A DNA stretch of 64,000 nucleotides, from positions 7,371-71,370 of the forward strand of contig MTNR01000072.1 of the NCBI GenBank assembly GCA_002011495.1, in the 5' to 3' direction. A model generated the notes under the pieces. It was not told the origin of the DNA, ran no database searches, and worked only from the letters and a program-made list of their open reading frames with translations. A program made the position numbers and the translations under genes. Positions within the stretch are counted from its first letter, which is position 1. Each line of letters begins with the position of its first letter. This document shows positions 1 through 8,632 of this stretch, piece by piece. This stretch comes from Dehalococcoides sp. JdFR-56 (GTDB lineage Bacteria; Chloroflexota; Dehalococcoidia; Dehalococcoidales; RBG-16-60-22).

Positions 1-259
1 TGACCGATTGGGAGTAAATGAATGACTCCGGTAGATATGATGCCAGCCGCCACTTAATTACCTCCGGAGGCTGTGCTGGCGCTGGGGCAGGTGTTGGAGT
101 TGGTGCTGGCGCCGGGGCTGGCGCAGGCGCTGGTGCCGGCGCGGGAGCTGGAGCAGGCGCGGGGGCTGGGGTAGGCGCTGGGGCGGGGGCGGCACAACCA
201 GCCGCGATTAACCCACCTACCAGAACCACCGCCAGAACCACCAATAACTTTCCTTTCAT
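1..259 (-). CDS. Secreted lipoprotein, N-terminal fragment (gene runs off window start); possibly a solute-binding protein
   Basis: Absent from the ORF track because there is no stop in the window. Minus-strand ATG at 259-257 follows AGGAGGAAAA. It translates MKGKLLVVLAVVLVGGLIAAGC (signal peptide plus lipobox), then a ~40-aa PA/PT linker, then EVIKWRLASYLPESF. Track ORFs 18..272(+) and 54..389(-) are other frames of the same low-complexity DNA. Confidence 0.7.
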   Translation of the reverse strand, partial: MKGKLLVVLAVVLVGGLIAAGCAAPAPAPTPAPAPAPAPAPAPAPAPAPAPAPTPTPAPAPAQPPEVIKWRLASYLPESFIYSQSV

Positions 260-469
260 TTTTTCCTCCTAAAATTCGGGACTTAGCCGAGAAATCTTCA
301 CTTTGCCGAAAGCTCTCACCTCCCTTTACTTGTTCTGGACGCTCGCCTGCGATTTTCCTATCCAATGGTCTTGAGGTGATAATTGCCATTTAGTATTGTA
401 ACACACCTTGTCAAGACCGCAGTTCAGCTTCTTAACGGCGGAATATTCTGAAAAGCCTTGCTTTTAGCC

Positions 470-1525
470 TCAATCTAGGGATAGGGGGTATCGGCCATAC
501 TCCCTGATGGCTCTTACCATCTCCGCATAATTTTCCGGACTTACCGCGCCATGGATTGAGTTGCTGGACATGCAGATATACCCACCCCCCTTGCCCGCCT
601 TTCTGATGCAGTCCTTCACCGCCTCACGGACCTCCTCCTTGGTTCCCCAGCTGAGCAGGTTGCCGCAGTCAACATTCCCCAGTAAACACACTTTGTCTCC
701 GTATTTGGCCTTAGCCTCCCCCAGGTCCATGCCGGCCAGCGGGTCAATGGGGTGCACGCCGTCCACCCCGGTGGCAACGATCATGTCAAAAATCTCCCAG
801 ATATTGCCATCGGTGTGCTTGAGGCAAGGCACCCCCCGGCTGTGGCAGTACTCCACTATCTCCCTGAAGACGGGTATGATGAACCTCTCGGTGTACTTGG
901 GGGATACCATTGGCCCATGGGTGAAGGCCCAGTCGGCGGTCTCCATGATGATGTCAACGCCGACGTCAATCAAATTCTTAATATATCTGCGGTAGTAATC
1001 GCTGACGATTTGATTTAGCCGGTCCACCATATCAGGGTCCCGTATCATATCCTTGAATAGTTCGTTCTGGGCGCGCAGGCTGTCCTTGACCGTGGCAAAG
1101 GGCCTGACGGTGGCGATGATCGCTTTTCTACCCTTAAATCTCTTCACCGCCTCCTCCAGCCTCTTGAACCTGGCCGGGAGGTCAGGGTCGGGGCCGACGT
1201 AGCTCTCCAGGTCCTCCTTGCTCTTGATCGCCGGCTCCAGGGTGACGGGCACGCTCATGGAGACTGGCGAATATTGCTTGATGGCGCCCCACTGGTCGCG
1301 AACAATCCCCTTGGCCTTATCTATGACTTGATACTGGTCGGTTCGCGTCTCATGGTAGCAGACCGCGTCCAGGTCCATGTATTCGCAGAAATCCTCATAG
1401 GAGGCGCCGGGCTTTATCGCCTCAATCACCCTCTCGTCAATGTCTATCTCAAAGGTGGGGATGGCGTCAGGTTCCTCCCGTCTGATGGCGGTAAGCATAC
1501 GCTCCAGGTTGGATAATTTCTTCAT
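470..1525 (-). CDS. Uroporphyrinogen-decarboxylase-family methyltransferase (MtaA/CmuA-like, methylcobamide-dependent)
   Basis: 351-aa ORF of URO-D/MtaA-like length and sequence character (recognised by eye). It lies 14 nt downstream of a corrinoid-protein gene on the same strand. Confidence 0.75.
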   Translation of the reverse strand: MKKLSNLERMLTAIRREEPDAIPTFEIDIDERVIEAIKPGASYEDFCEYMDLDAVCYHETRTDQYQVIDKAKGIVRDQWGAIKQYSPVSMSVPVTLEPAIKSKEDLESYVGPDPDLPARFKRLEEAVKRFKGRKAIIATVRPFATVKDSLRAQNELFKDMIRDPDMVDRLNQIVSDYYRRYIKNLIDVGVDIIMETADWAFTHGPMVSPKYTERFIIPVFREIVEYCHSRGVPCLKHTDGNIWEIFDMIVATGVDGVHPIDPLAGMDLGEAKAKYGDKVCLLGNVDCGNLLSWGTKEEVREAVKDCIRKAGKGGGYICMSSNSIHGAVSPENYAEMVRAIREYGRYPLSLD

Positions 1526-1539
1526 TCTGGTTCCCCCTT

Positions 1540-2169
1540 TTATAGAAGACTCTTGGCGATGGCCACGGCCTCGACGGCGTCTCTGGCGTAGGCATCGGCC
1601 CCGATCTGCTGGGCGAAGGCCGGGGTCACCGGGGCGCCGCCGACCATCACCTTGATTTTGCTCCTCAGCCCGGCTTCCTTGAGGGCGCTTATGGTATCGG
1701 CCATCTTGGGCATGGTAAAGGTCAAAAGCGCCGATAGCCCCAGGATGTCAAAGTCACCGCTTTTAACCACGTCACAGAACTGCTCCGGGGCAACGTCAAT
1801 GCCTAGGTCGGTCACCTCCCAGCCATTTCCCTCCAGCATGAGGATGACGATGTTTTTGCCGATATCGTGTAAATCGCCCTGAACCGTGCCGATGGCATAC
1901 CTGCCGGCGTAGGCGGCTCCTTTGGTGGCTAGCTCGGGCCGCAGCAGCTCCAAGGATGCCTTCATGGCATCCCCCGCCATCAATAGCTCGGGGAGGTAAA
2001 TCTCACCCTTCTCGAAGGAGTTGCCCACTATCTCCATGGCGGGGAGAAGGCCTTTATCCAGGACCTCCTTGGCAGCTATCCCGCTATCCAGGGCCCGGCG
2101 GGTGAGGTCACCGGCCTTGGAGACCTCGCCTTCGGCAACGCTATGGGTAAGTTCGGTGAAATCAAACAT
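1540..2169 (-). CDS. Corrinoid (B12-binding) methyltransferase partner protein
   Basis: Has the DxHxxG B12-binding motif (GDLHDIGKN) and the downstream GLSALLT / MVGGAP Rossmann signature. I prefer the start at ATG 2169 (MFDFTEL...) because AGGAGG lies 9 nt upstream. The track ORF extends to 2232. Confidence 0.85.
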   Translation of the reverse strand: MFDFTELTHSVAEGEVSKAGDLTRRALDSGIAAKEVLDKGLLPAMEIVGNSFEKGEIYLPELLMAGDAMKASLELLRPELATKGAAYAGRYAIGTVQGDLHDIGKNIVILMLEGNGWEVTDLGIDVAPEQFCDVVKSGDFDILGLSALLTFTMPKMADTISALKEAGLRSKIKVMVGGAPVTPAFAQQIGADAYARDAVEAVAIAKSLL

Positions 2170-2349
2170 GCTTTGGAACCTCCTAGATATTTTTTCAAGC
2201 CAGGCACATTCAAGGTTACCCATATAATACACGAAGATACAAGCTGCGGTCTAGGGCGCGCTGTGATTAGGTCGTTGTTATCTCTACAAGGGGTAAAAGT
2301 ATATGGCCCAATGCTACAATATTCGGCGATTATTGGGTAGTTTTACCTC

Positions 2350-2378
2350 TTGACAAGGCCTGCCCGAGCCGTTAATAT
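2350..2378 (+). promoter_or_regulatory. Candidate sigma70-type promoter for the 15-heme cytochrome gene
   Basis: TTGACA (2350-2355), a 17-nt spacer, then TAATAT (2373-2378), about 55 nt upstream of the coding start. Confidence 0.4.
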
Positions 2379-2431
2379 AACTTCCAGCGTCTTTTCGTTC
2401 AGGAACTTTCGGCTTGGAGGAATCAGCGATA

Positions 2432-3754
2432 GTGAGTTTGCGCCACTGGCATCGGGTTGGTTGGATTGGACTATTTCTTTTCCTTATCATAGCTTTATTG
2501 CTCGCCGGTTGTGGCCCAAAGGCACCCACACCTACCCCAGCGCCGGCCCCTGCCCCGGCGCCGACAACGCCAGCTCCAGCACCAACCCCGACGCCAACCC
2601 CGGCGCCCACTCCCGCCCCAGCTCCCTCACCTATACCTAAGCCGGCACCACCGAAAACAACGCCAACGTCAATCGGGCCTTACATCGCGCATACTACTGA
2701 AGGTAGAGACGATTGTTTGGCCTGTCACGGTGTCTTCGTGATGTGGCCAGTCCCAGCCACCCATGAGGGCCGCACCAACGAGACCTGTCAGGGATGCCAT
2801 CAGCCCATCCCCGGCGGCCCCACCCTAATAGCCCATGCCGTGGAAGGGCGGAGCCAGTGCGATACCTGTCACTCCGATGAGGGGTTGGTGGCTCTGCCGG
2901 CAGACCACGAGGGACGGACGGCGAAAATCTGCCTCATGTGCCACGAGGTATCTCCCACCATGCCTACCCTCATCGCCCACAAGACAGCGGGCAAGGAGAA
3001 TTGTTCTGCCTGCCATGCTGAGGGGGCGCTGGTTGTCCTGCCTGCTACTCATGAGGGGCGCACCGACCAGATGTGCCTGGCCTGCCATGAGGTCTCGCCG
3101 GTAACCCCAACGCTCATCGCCCACAAGACAGCGGGTAAGGAGAACTGTTCTGCCTGCCATGCTGAGGGGGCGCTGGTTGCCCTGCCTGCTACTCATGAGG
3201 GGCGCACTGACCAGATGTGCCTGGTCTGTCACGAGGTCTCGCCAGTAACGCCACCTCTTATCACGCATAGTCTGGTGGGCCGAGGCACTTGTTCTGCCTG
3301 CCATGCTGATGGCGCGCTGGTCGCGGTGCCGGCCAGCCATAAGGGCAGGACTGACCAGACTTGTCAGGTCTGCCACGAGGTCTCGCCGGTAACTCCAACG
3401 CTCATCGCCCACCGCATTGAGGGAAGGGAAACCTGCTCCACCTGCCACGCTGCAGGCGCGGTGGTGGCTCTGCCTGATACTCATGAGGGGCGCACCGATG
3501 AGATGTGCCTAGTTTGCCACAAGGTGGCTCCGGTGCTGCCGCCGGATGCCCCGCATACGCTGGCAGACCGTCACCCGTGTGCTGACTGCCACGCTGAAGG
3601 GAAACTGGTGGGGGCACTGCCCGAGACCCATGTGGACCGCTCCGATGAGACCTGTGAGCTCTGCCATGAGGTCGTTCCCGGCGGCGTGGCCCAGATACCG
3701 CACAAGCTGGAAGGCCGCACTGATTGCACGCTCTGCCACATCCCCGCCCAATAG
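2432..3754 (+). CDS. Multiheme c-type cytochrome lipoprotein (15 CxxCH motifs)
   Basis: Signal peptide with lipobox (LLLAGCG), a PA/PT-rich linker, then 15 CxxCH motifs that alternate with conserved extra His residues (IAH / THEGRT). The GTG at 2432 has GGAGGA 10 nt upstream. The track uses TTG at 2414. Confidence 0.9.
   Translation: MSLRHWHRVGWIGLFLFLIIALLLAGCGPKAPTPTPAPAPAPAPTTPAPAPTPTPTPAPTPAPAPSPIPKPAPPKTTPTSIGPYIAHTTEGRDDCLACHGVFVMWPVPATHEGRTNETCQGCHQPIPGGPTLIAHAVEGRSQCDTCHSDEGLVALPADHEGRTAKICLMCHEVSPTMPTLIAHKTAGKENCSACHAEGALVVLPATHEGRTDQMCLACHEVSPVTPTLIAHKTAGKENCSACHAEGALVALPATHEGRTDQMCLVCHEVSPVTPPLITHSLVGRGTCSACHADGALVAVPASHKGRTDQTCQVCHEVSPVTPTLIAHRIEGRETCSTCHAAGAVVALPDTHEGRTDEMCLVCHKVAPVLPPDAPHTLADRHPCADCHAEGKLVGALPETHVDRSDETCELCHEVVPGGVAQIPHKLEGRTDCTLCHIPAQ
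2963..3538 (+). repeat. In-frame 144-bp (48-aa) tandem repeat, about 4 copies, inside the 15-heme cytochrome gene
   Basis: The unit PTLIAHKTAGKENCSACHAEGALVVLPATHEGRTDQMCLACHEVSPVT recurs. Copies 1 and 2 are near-identical at the DNA level (2963-3106 versus 3107-3250). Copies 3 and 4 are diverged, and degenerate units flank the array. Confidence 0.85.
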
Positions 3755-3862
3755 CCTGAGCGCCTAGAGCGGTCTCTCGGGGCTGGTCAACCCCGGCATC
3801 TCAGCATTCGTGCCGCGCCTTGCTGGCAAAAACGGGAGAAGACCATCGTCACGGGCTTTTCC

Positions 3863-6800
3863 CTAATGGCAGGGGCCACCTAGGCAGTTATCCTTCGTCC
3901 ATCCTCCGGGGCCAGCCCATGAGGAGATCACCAGCTTGGAGCCGTTGCTGTAAGGCGCTGGGTCGGTGGTCTGCACCACCATAGCCCGGGTCCATCCGCC
4001 ATGGGGGATGGCGCTGTGGCAGTTCTGGCAGCCTTTCACTGCGCTTCGGCCCATATGGAAGGCGTGGAGGTTGGGGCGATCTCCGGAGAAGCTGGTAAGG
4101 CCGGCAGTATTGGAGCCGCCGGCATCATACACATTCGGGTCGTGGCACTGGAGACAGAGGCTATATGATGTGCCCGTGGTAGTATCACTCCAGGTGCCCC
4201 GCAGCAGATAGGCATTATTGGAGCCGTGCGGCCCCCTAGGGTCGGTTGCCGTCTCGCTGGCATGGCAGCTGGAGCAGCCCAGGGGTGTGTCCTTTGACAT
4301 GCCTGAGCCCGGGGTAAAGGTCATGTCTCTGTTGCTGGCATTGGTCCGCGGCGTGTTGCCTGAGGCTGCGGTCAGGTCATTCTCCACCCAGTGGTAGGAG
4401 GCGTTGTTGACGTTGAACTCCTTGGCCTGGTCAGTCTCGGTGATGCCACCGGTGTGGGAGAGGGGTGGCGTAACATCGTAGGCATAGGATGAGTGGCACT
4501 TAAAGCACAGCTGATACTCCTCAGTTATCGGCGAGACCCTGGTATAATTGGCGCTGGTGAGCGCTGTCCACCCGGTGGTGGGGTTGCTCACCGTCACCCC
4601 CCAAACCCGCTCAATGGTTCTGGCCAGGTCACCGAATCCAGGGGTGGAGGCCCCTGTCCAGGCAGCGTGCGGGTTGTGGCAGTCCTCACACTCCACGTGA
4701 CGGTTGGAGGCGGGAAGCCAGTTGTAGTATCCCTCACCGGTTCCGTGGCTCCCCTCGGTGGCGCCGATGGGGTGAGTGTAACTCTTGTTGCTGAACTGGG
4801 AGGCGATGTCAGTTCTGGCGCCGGTGCCATCGTGGCAAGCGTTGCACAGCCCCTCCTCAGGCCATACCTTCCGCAGTTTCTTCCCTGAGGCCGTGTGTGC
4901 CCGGTGGCAGGAGACGCACTTATCAGTATCCGTGGCAAAATTATAGTGTGGGCTAAACGGATTATCATCCTCCCATACCGAGATGGTGGCGTAGTTGGCG
5001 TAGCTGTTAAAGGCGGTTCCGGCATCGGTCAGGCGGAAGGAGTAGGCGGTGTAATACTCAGCATTGGCATTGGCCTGAACGTTAAATTCAATCTCCGTAT
5101 AGGAGCCAGCATCAAGGGAGATAGCCGATGGCGGAGAGGCGTCATACGCGTATCCTGCCTGGGCGATGCCGGTTCCGGTCCCCAGGGCGAAATCGGTGGT
5201 GGCGATGGTGTCCCCGTTGTTGAACTGGCTGGTGGGCGCGATAAAGAAGGGGTCTGTTCCCGAGGTGGTTGGCACCGCCGTCCAAGTACCTCCTGACGAG
5301 AGATACTCCAGTTGAGGTAGCCAGCTCTTGGCGGTGCCGCCGTTATTATACACCTGGAAGCGCACCCGGAAATTGGTGTTTCGTCTGATGCCCCTGGTTT
5401 TGGTATCAGTGGCCTCATACCACTGCATTGAGGAGAGGGGGGTATCCTGGCCGATGCGGTAGTGAGCCTCACGGATGTTACCCGGCGCCGTTGATATCGT
5501 ATAGGCAAGGTCAATCCTAGAGTTCTCCGACGAGGTATCAAAGCCCAGGTAAACGGTGGCGGGGTCAGCGGTGCGCACCCAGAACTCCACCCCGAAGCGC
5601 TCCTCAGGCCCGATGATGGTGCCGGTTGGCACATTCACACTCCAGTTGAATAGGCCGTAGTTCGGATAGGCAGTGAGGTCCTGATTGGTCTTATTGGTAT
5701 CGGAGAAAAGCTCCGTCTTCGTTCCAGAGCTGTCAATTTTATATATCTTCACTATTAGCCGTTTCATGGTAACCACGGGGTCACTGCTGAAGTAGATATT
5801 GAAGGTCCAGGTGCTCCCGATGTCCCACTGCTCGCCCGCCGGGACCGGGTCGGAGACGAAGATGGAGATGCCGTCGGCATCGGCTAGCTTGACATCGGAG
5901 CCTGCTGGTGAGGAGGCGGTAAGCTCAGCTAGGACGCCCACCGGGGCGGTGCTGTTCAGCGTATTATAAGTGACGGAGCCCACCACCACATCGGCAGCGT
6001 GGAGATAGTCCGTCACCGCTGGGTCAGCCACCAGCACCTCCCAGGTGCCGCTGGTGGCTAGGCCCGGGGAATGGCTGATTTCACTCCAGAACCGGTATTT
6101 GGTGGGGGGTATGGTTCTCTCCGGACTGAGCAAGACGTATTCCCGGCTGACGGCTCCCCCGGCGCTTATGTCTCCCACCGCCCACTCAATCTTGTTGGTG
6201 GTCGCGTCCACGGGGGAGACCACGCCTCCACGGGCATCACTGACCACCCACGAGGCAGGGAAGTAGTCAATGAGCTTGACCGAGGTCAGCCCTACCTCCA
6301 CGGAGACTCCTATCCGCATGGTGACCTGGGAATTGGGGGGAACCTTGTGCTGCCCCACCTTCTCGCCAAAGAGGCGCCGCTCAAAGGTAGCCAGTCTACT
6401 GATGGACATAACGCTGAAGCGGGTAAAGTGGCTCACCGGACTGCTGATGGTGTTTGCCGCCGGGTCAACGGTGATGCCTTTAAGCATAACCCACTGGCCG
6501 TTGTTCTCATCCCAGAAGGCGATGAACAGGCTTTCTTCGTTGATCCCTTTGGGGATATCCGCCTCATCATAGGTGAGGGTCATGGTTATCGGCGGATCAA
6601 AGGTGGCGCCGCTGGGCCCAAGCTCATAAGCGGTGCCAATAACGCTGGCGCCCTTGGGCAAGGGTGGCAGCTCAGGCGCCTCAATTATGCTTATTTCAGT
6701 AAGGGGCTTCCCTTCAGCGGTTTTGCCGATGGTTCCTTGGTTGATGGTGAGCCTGAGCTTCCCATCCAGAGATTCAGCGGTGGTGGCGCTGGTGAATACC

Positions 6801-7462
6801 CCCTTGGCATCAACAATGCCCATCAGGTCCTTGAAGCCGGGCGCCAGCGAGCGCCCCGGGGCCACGAGCGCAGCGGAGAGGCTGAACAGGCTGCTGCTTT
6901 GGGTGAAGCTGTCGCCATTGGCGGCGAGCCTAGCATCAATGCGGTAATCGCCGGCGGGCCAGTCGGGCGGGGAGGTCCAGGTGACATCATAGGTTATGGA
7001 GACGGCGCCGGCTCCATAGGCGTAGCTATAGCCGGAGACATAACCCCAGGAATAGGCACCGCTTGGCGCCCAGTAAGCGTACCCGGTGCCGGTGGTATAC
7101 GCCCAGCCATACCCGGGGGTAGCCGTAACGCTGGCAGCACCGCCACCCGTTTCTGCCGTGGTATAGCTTTTGGAGCCTGTGCCCAGGGGGAGGTTGGTCA
7201 GGGTGGCCTGGTAGGTCTCCCGCGCGTCCGCTTTATAAATATATAGGGTGACCTGCTCAATGGGCACCAGCTCCTGGTCCTCAATGGTGATGGTCACGCT
7301 GAAGGAGTGGGTGCCGCCGGCGGTTCCGGAAGCCGGGGGGGCGATGGTTATCTCCAGCGCGCTCGTTGGGGCAGCAAACCACAGCGAGGTGCCGGTGACC
7401 ATCACCAGAATAAGTGCCAGCACTATTCTGGATGCACTCTTCTTAAACCCTTTCATATCCAC
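3863..7462 (-). CDS. Large secreted/surface protein with a C-terminal multiheme cytochrome domain (7 CxxCH plus a terminal CxxxxCH)
   Basis: 1199 aa with an N-terminal signal/TM segment, followed by ~830 aa that are beta-rich and rich in Gly/Thr/Ser/Tyr. The C-terminal ~370 aa carry CVSCHRAH, CNACHDG, CEDCHNPH, CFKCHS, CSSCHA, CLQCHD and CQNCHS. The protein ends in CLGGPCH-stop. Confidence 0.85.
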   Translation of the reverse strand: MDMKGFKKSASRIVLALILVMVTGTSLWFAAPTSALEITIAPPASGTAGGTHSFSVTITIEDQELVPIEQVTLYIYKADARETYQATLTNLPLGTGSKSYTTAETGGGAASVTATPGYGWAYTTGTGYAYWAPSGAYSWGYVSGYSYAYGAGAVSITYDVTWTSPPDWPAGDYRIDARLAANGDSFTQSSSLFSLSAALVAPGRSLAPGFKDLMGIVDAKGVFTSATTAESLDGKLRLTINQGTIGKTAEGKPLTEISIIEAPELPPLPKGASVIGTAYELGPSGATFDPPITMTLTYDEADIPKGINEESLFIAFWDENNGQWVMLKGITVDPAANTISSPVSHFTRFSVMSISRLATFERRLFGEKVGQHKVPPNSQVTMRIGVSVEVGLTSVKLIDYFPASWVVSDARGGVVSPVDATTNKIEWAVGDISAGGAVSREYVLLSPERTIPPTKYRFWSEISHSPGLATSGTWEVLVADPAVTDYLHAADVVVGSVTYNTLNSTAPVGVLAELTASSPAGSDVKLADADGISIFVSDPVPAGEQWDIGSTWTFNIYFSSDPVVTMKRLIVKIYKIDSSGTKTELFSDTNKTNQDLTAYPNYGLFNWSVNVPTGTIIGPEERFGVEFWVRTADPATVYLGFDTSSENSRIDLAYTISTAPGNIREAHYRIGQDTPLSSMQWYEATDTKTRGIRRNTNFRVRFQVYNNGGTAKSWLPQLEYLSSGGTWTAVPTTSGTDPFFIAPTSQFNNGDTIATTDFALGTGTGIAQAGYAYDASPPSAISLDAGSYTEIEFNVQANANAEYYTAYSFRLTDAGTAFNSYANYATISVWEDDNPFSPHYNFATDTDKCVSCHRAHTASGKKLRKVWPEEGLCNACHDGTGARTDIASQFSNKSYTHPIGATEGSHGTGEGYYNWLPASNRHVECEDCHNPHAAWTGASTPGFGDLARTIERVWGVTVSNPTTGWTALTSANYTRVSPITEEYQLCFKCHSSYAYDVTPPLSHTGGITETDQAKEFNVNNASYHWVENDLTAASGNTPRTNASNRDMTFTPGSGMSKDTPLGCSSCHASETATDPRGPHGSNNAYLLRGTWSDTTTGTSYSLCLQCHDPNVYDAGGSNTAGLTSFSGDRPNLHAFHMGRSAVKGCQNCHSAIPHGGWTRAMVVQTTDPAPYSNGSKLVISSWAGPGGWTKDNCLGGPCH

Positions 7463-7600
7463 GTCCCTGCTAAGCCAAGCTTAACCCTGCCCTTCGCCTC
7501 CGGCTTGGATGGAAACCTGAGCCCATCCGCAGTTAGTGAGATGGTAAGTTTTCTGCCATTCTACCATAATCAGCTTGGCCAAATCCCTGCCTTCCCATCC

Positions 7601-7633
7601 AAAAATGAGAGCGGCCCTCTAAGGGCCGCTCTC
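7601..7633 (-). terminator. Rho-independent terminator after hexaheme cytochrome A
   Basis: Perfect 11-bp stem gagagcggccc/gggccgctctc (7607-7633) with a 5-nt loop. On the minus strand it is followed by a U-run (AAAAA on plus, 7601-7605). It sits 46 nt past the stop at 7679. Confidence 0.7.
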
Positions 7634-7678
7634 GGGGTAGCTCCACCAGCTTGAAGCCAGAGTAACCTCAGCTGGCGG

Positions 7679-8632
7679 CTAGTTCTGCGACAAGTCACTG
7701 CTGCTATGGCACTGCAAGCAGACGCCGCGGTTATCCACGGTGAGCAAGCGGCTGTACTGTCCTTCAGTCCCGGTCTGCCAGGTCGCGTTGGCGCTGCCAT
7801 CAGGCCAGGTTGGTCCAGCGGCGTTGCCACTCATGCTGGCTGAGGTACCGTGCGCCACATGGCAGGCCAGACACTCGCCGCTCAGGGTATCAGTATGATG
7901 GCGGTAGTTGAAGGGCGAGCTGCCGGAGTCAGTGCTGCCCGAGCCGGGTGATGCCTTATATCTGGTATGGCACTGGCCGCACCACTCAGCCATCTTGTTG
8001 GTGACGTTGGCGGAGTAGGCGCTCAAGTCACGGTAGTTATTGGCATCATAGGTGATGGTGTAGTTGTCGCTGAGTCCGGCCGTGATGTTCACCGCGGTGA
8101 GGCTGGACCATCCGGAGAGGGAGGTGGGCTTGGGCCTGAGGATGCGGTAATTGGAATTGCCGTGAGGGTTGTGGCAGTTACCGCACTCCAGGGCAACCGT
8201 CTCACCGTTACCCGTGGTTCCCGAGCCCCAGGCGGTGGCGGCGCTGGCTCCCACAGTATGCTTGGAGGTGATATTGCCTGAAGTCACATTGCCCGAGGCT
8301 GAGGTGTCCATATAGGCCTGCTCGAAGCCGCCTCCCCTCAGCCCGGCGTTCTGGACGCCCTGGCTGGTGCCGAGGTAAACACCAGTGGTCACCTTGGTAT
8401 CAGCGGAGGTACCATCATGACAGCTGGTGCACAGGGCATACTGAGTGGTGCTCTTCAGGAGCTTGGCTGCGGTACCAGTGTGCGCCCGGTGACACCCGGC
8501 GCAGGCATCAGTGGTGGCGGTGAATGTCCCCTGGTGCGGCCCTCCCGTGGCGAAAACCGTCGTCGCCATGACTGAAACCAGGGAAACAATTGCGAGGAAG
8601 ACTACGACCGCTCTCCATGTATTGGCTCTCAT
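7679..8632 (-). CDS. Secreted hexaheme c-type cytochrome (paralog A; OmcS-like motif order)
   Basis: Signal peptide, then 6 CxxCH motifs: CAGCHRAH, CTSCHDG, CGNCHNPHG, CGQCHTRY, CLACHVAHG, CLQCHSS. It is collinear with 14190..15110 and shares GLRGGGFEQA, YRILRP, EWCxQCHTRY, FNYRH and a C-terminal LSQN. Confidence 0.9.
   Translation of the reverse strand: MRANTWRAVVVFLAIVSLVSVMATTVFATGGPHQGTFTATTDACAGCHRAHTGTAAKLLKSTTQYALCTSCHDGTSADTKVTTGVYLGTSQGVQNAGLRGGGFEQAYMDTSASGNVTSGNITSKHTVGASAATAWGSGTTGNGETVALECGNCHNPHGNSNYRILRPKPTSLSGWSSLTAVNITAGLSDNYTITYDANNYRDLSAYSANVTNKMAEWCGQCHTRYKASPGSGSTDSGSSPFNYRHHTDTLSGECLACHVAHGTSASMSGNAAGPTWPDGSANATWQTGTEGQYSRLLTVDNRGVCLQCHSSSDLSQN

Noticed and set aside
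18-389. Track ORFs 18..272(+) (GAGAGVGVGAGAG...) and 54..389(-)
   Set aside because: They are alternative or antisense frames of the (PA)n linker DNA. The frame with an RBS, a signal peptide and a lipobox is the minus-strand one starting at 259. The same artefact explains 2314..2610(-), 15260..15634(-), 15289..15606(+), 61234..61836(-) and 62243..62506(-).
2233-2413. Cobalamin riboswitch upstream of the corrinoid-protein/methyltransferase operon
   Set aside because: I could not find a B12-box-like element or the expected conserved core by eye on the minus strand. This needs an Rfam/Infernal scan before any claim.
2963-3538. Possible CRISPR-like or non-coding repeat array
   Set aside because: The period is 144 bp, there are no unique spacers, and the repeats are fully in frame within a CxxCH-rich ORF. 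This is protein-module duplication, not CRISPR.
6071-7246. 391-aa plus-strand ORF, and other long ORFs antisense to the 1199-aa gene (4493..4888, 4594..5025, 5029..5634)
   Set aside because: They are Gly/Arg/Pro-rich translations typical of antisense frames in high-GC genes. They have no RBS or motifs, whereas the minus-strand frame carries the signal peptide and the heme motifs.
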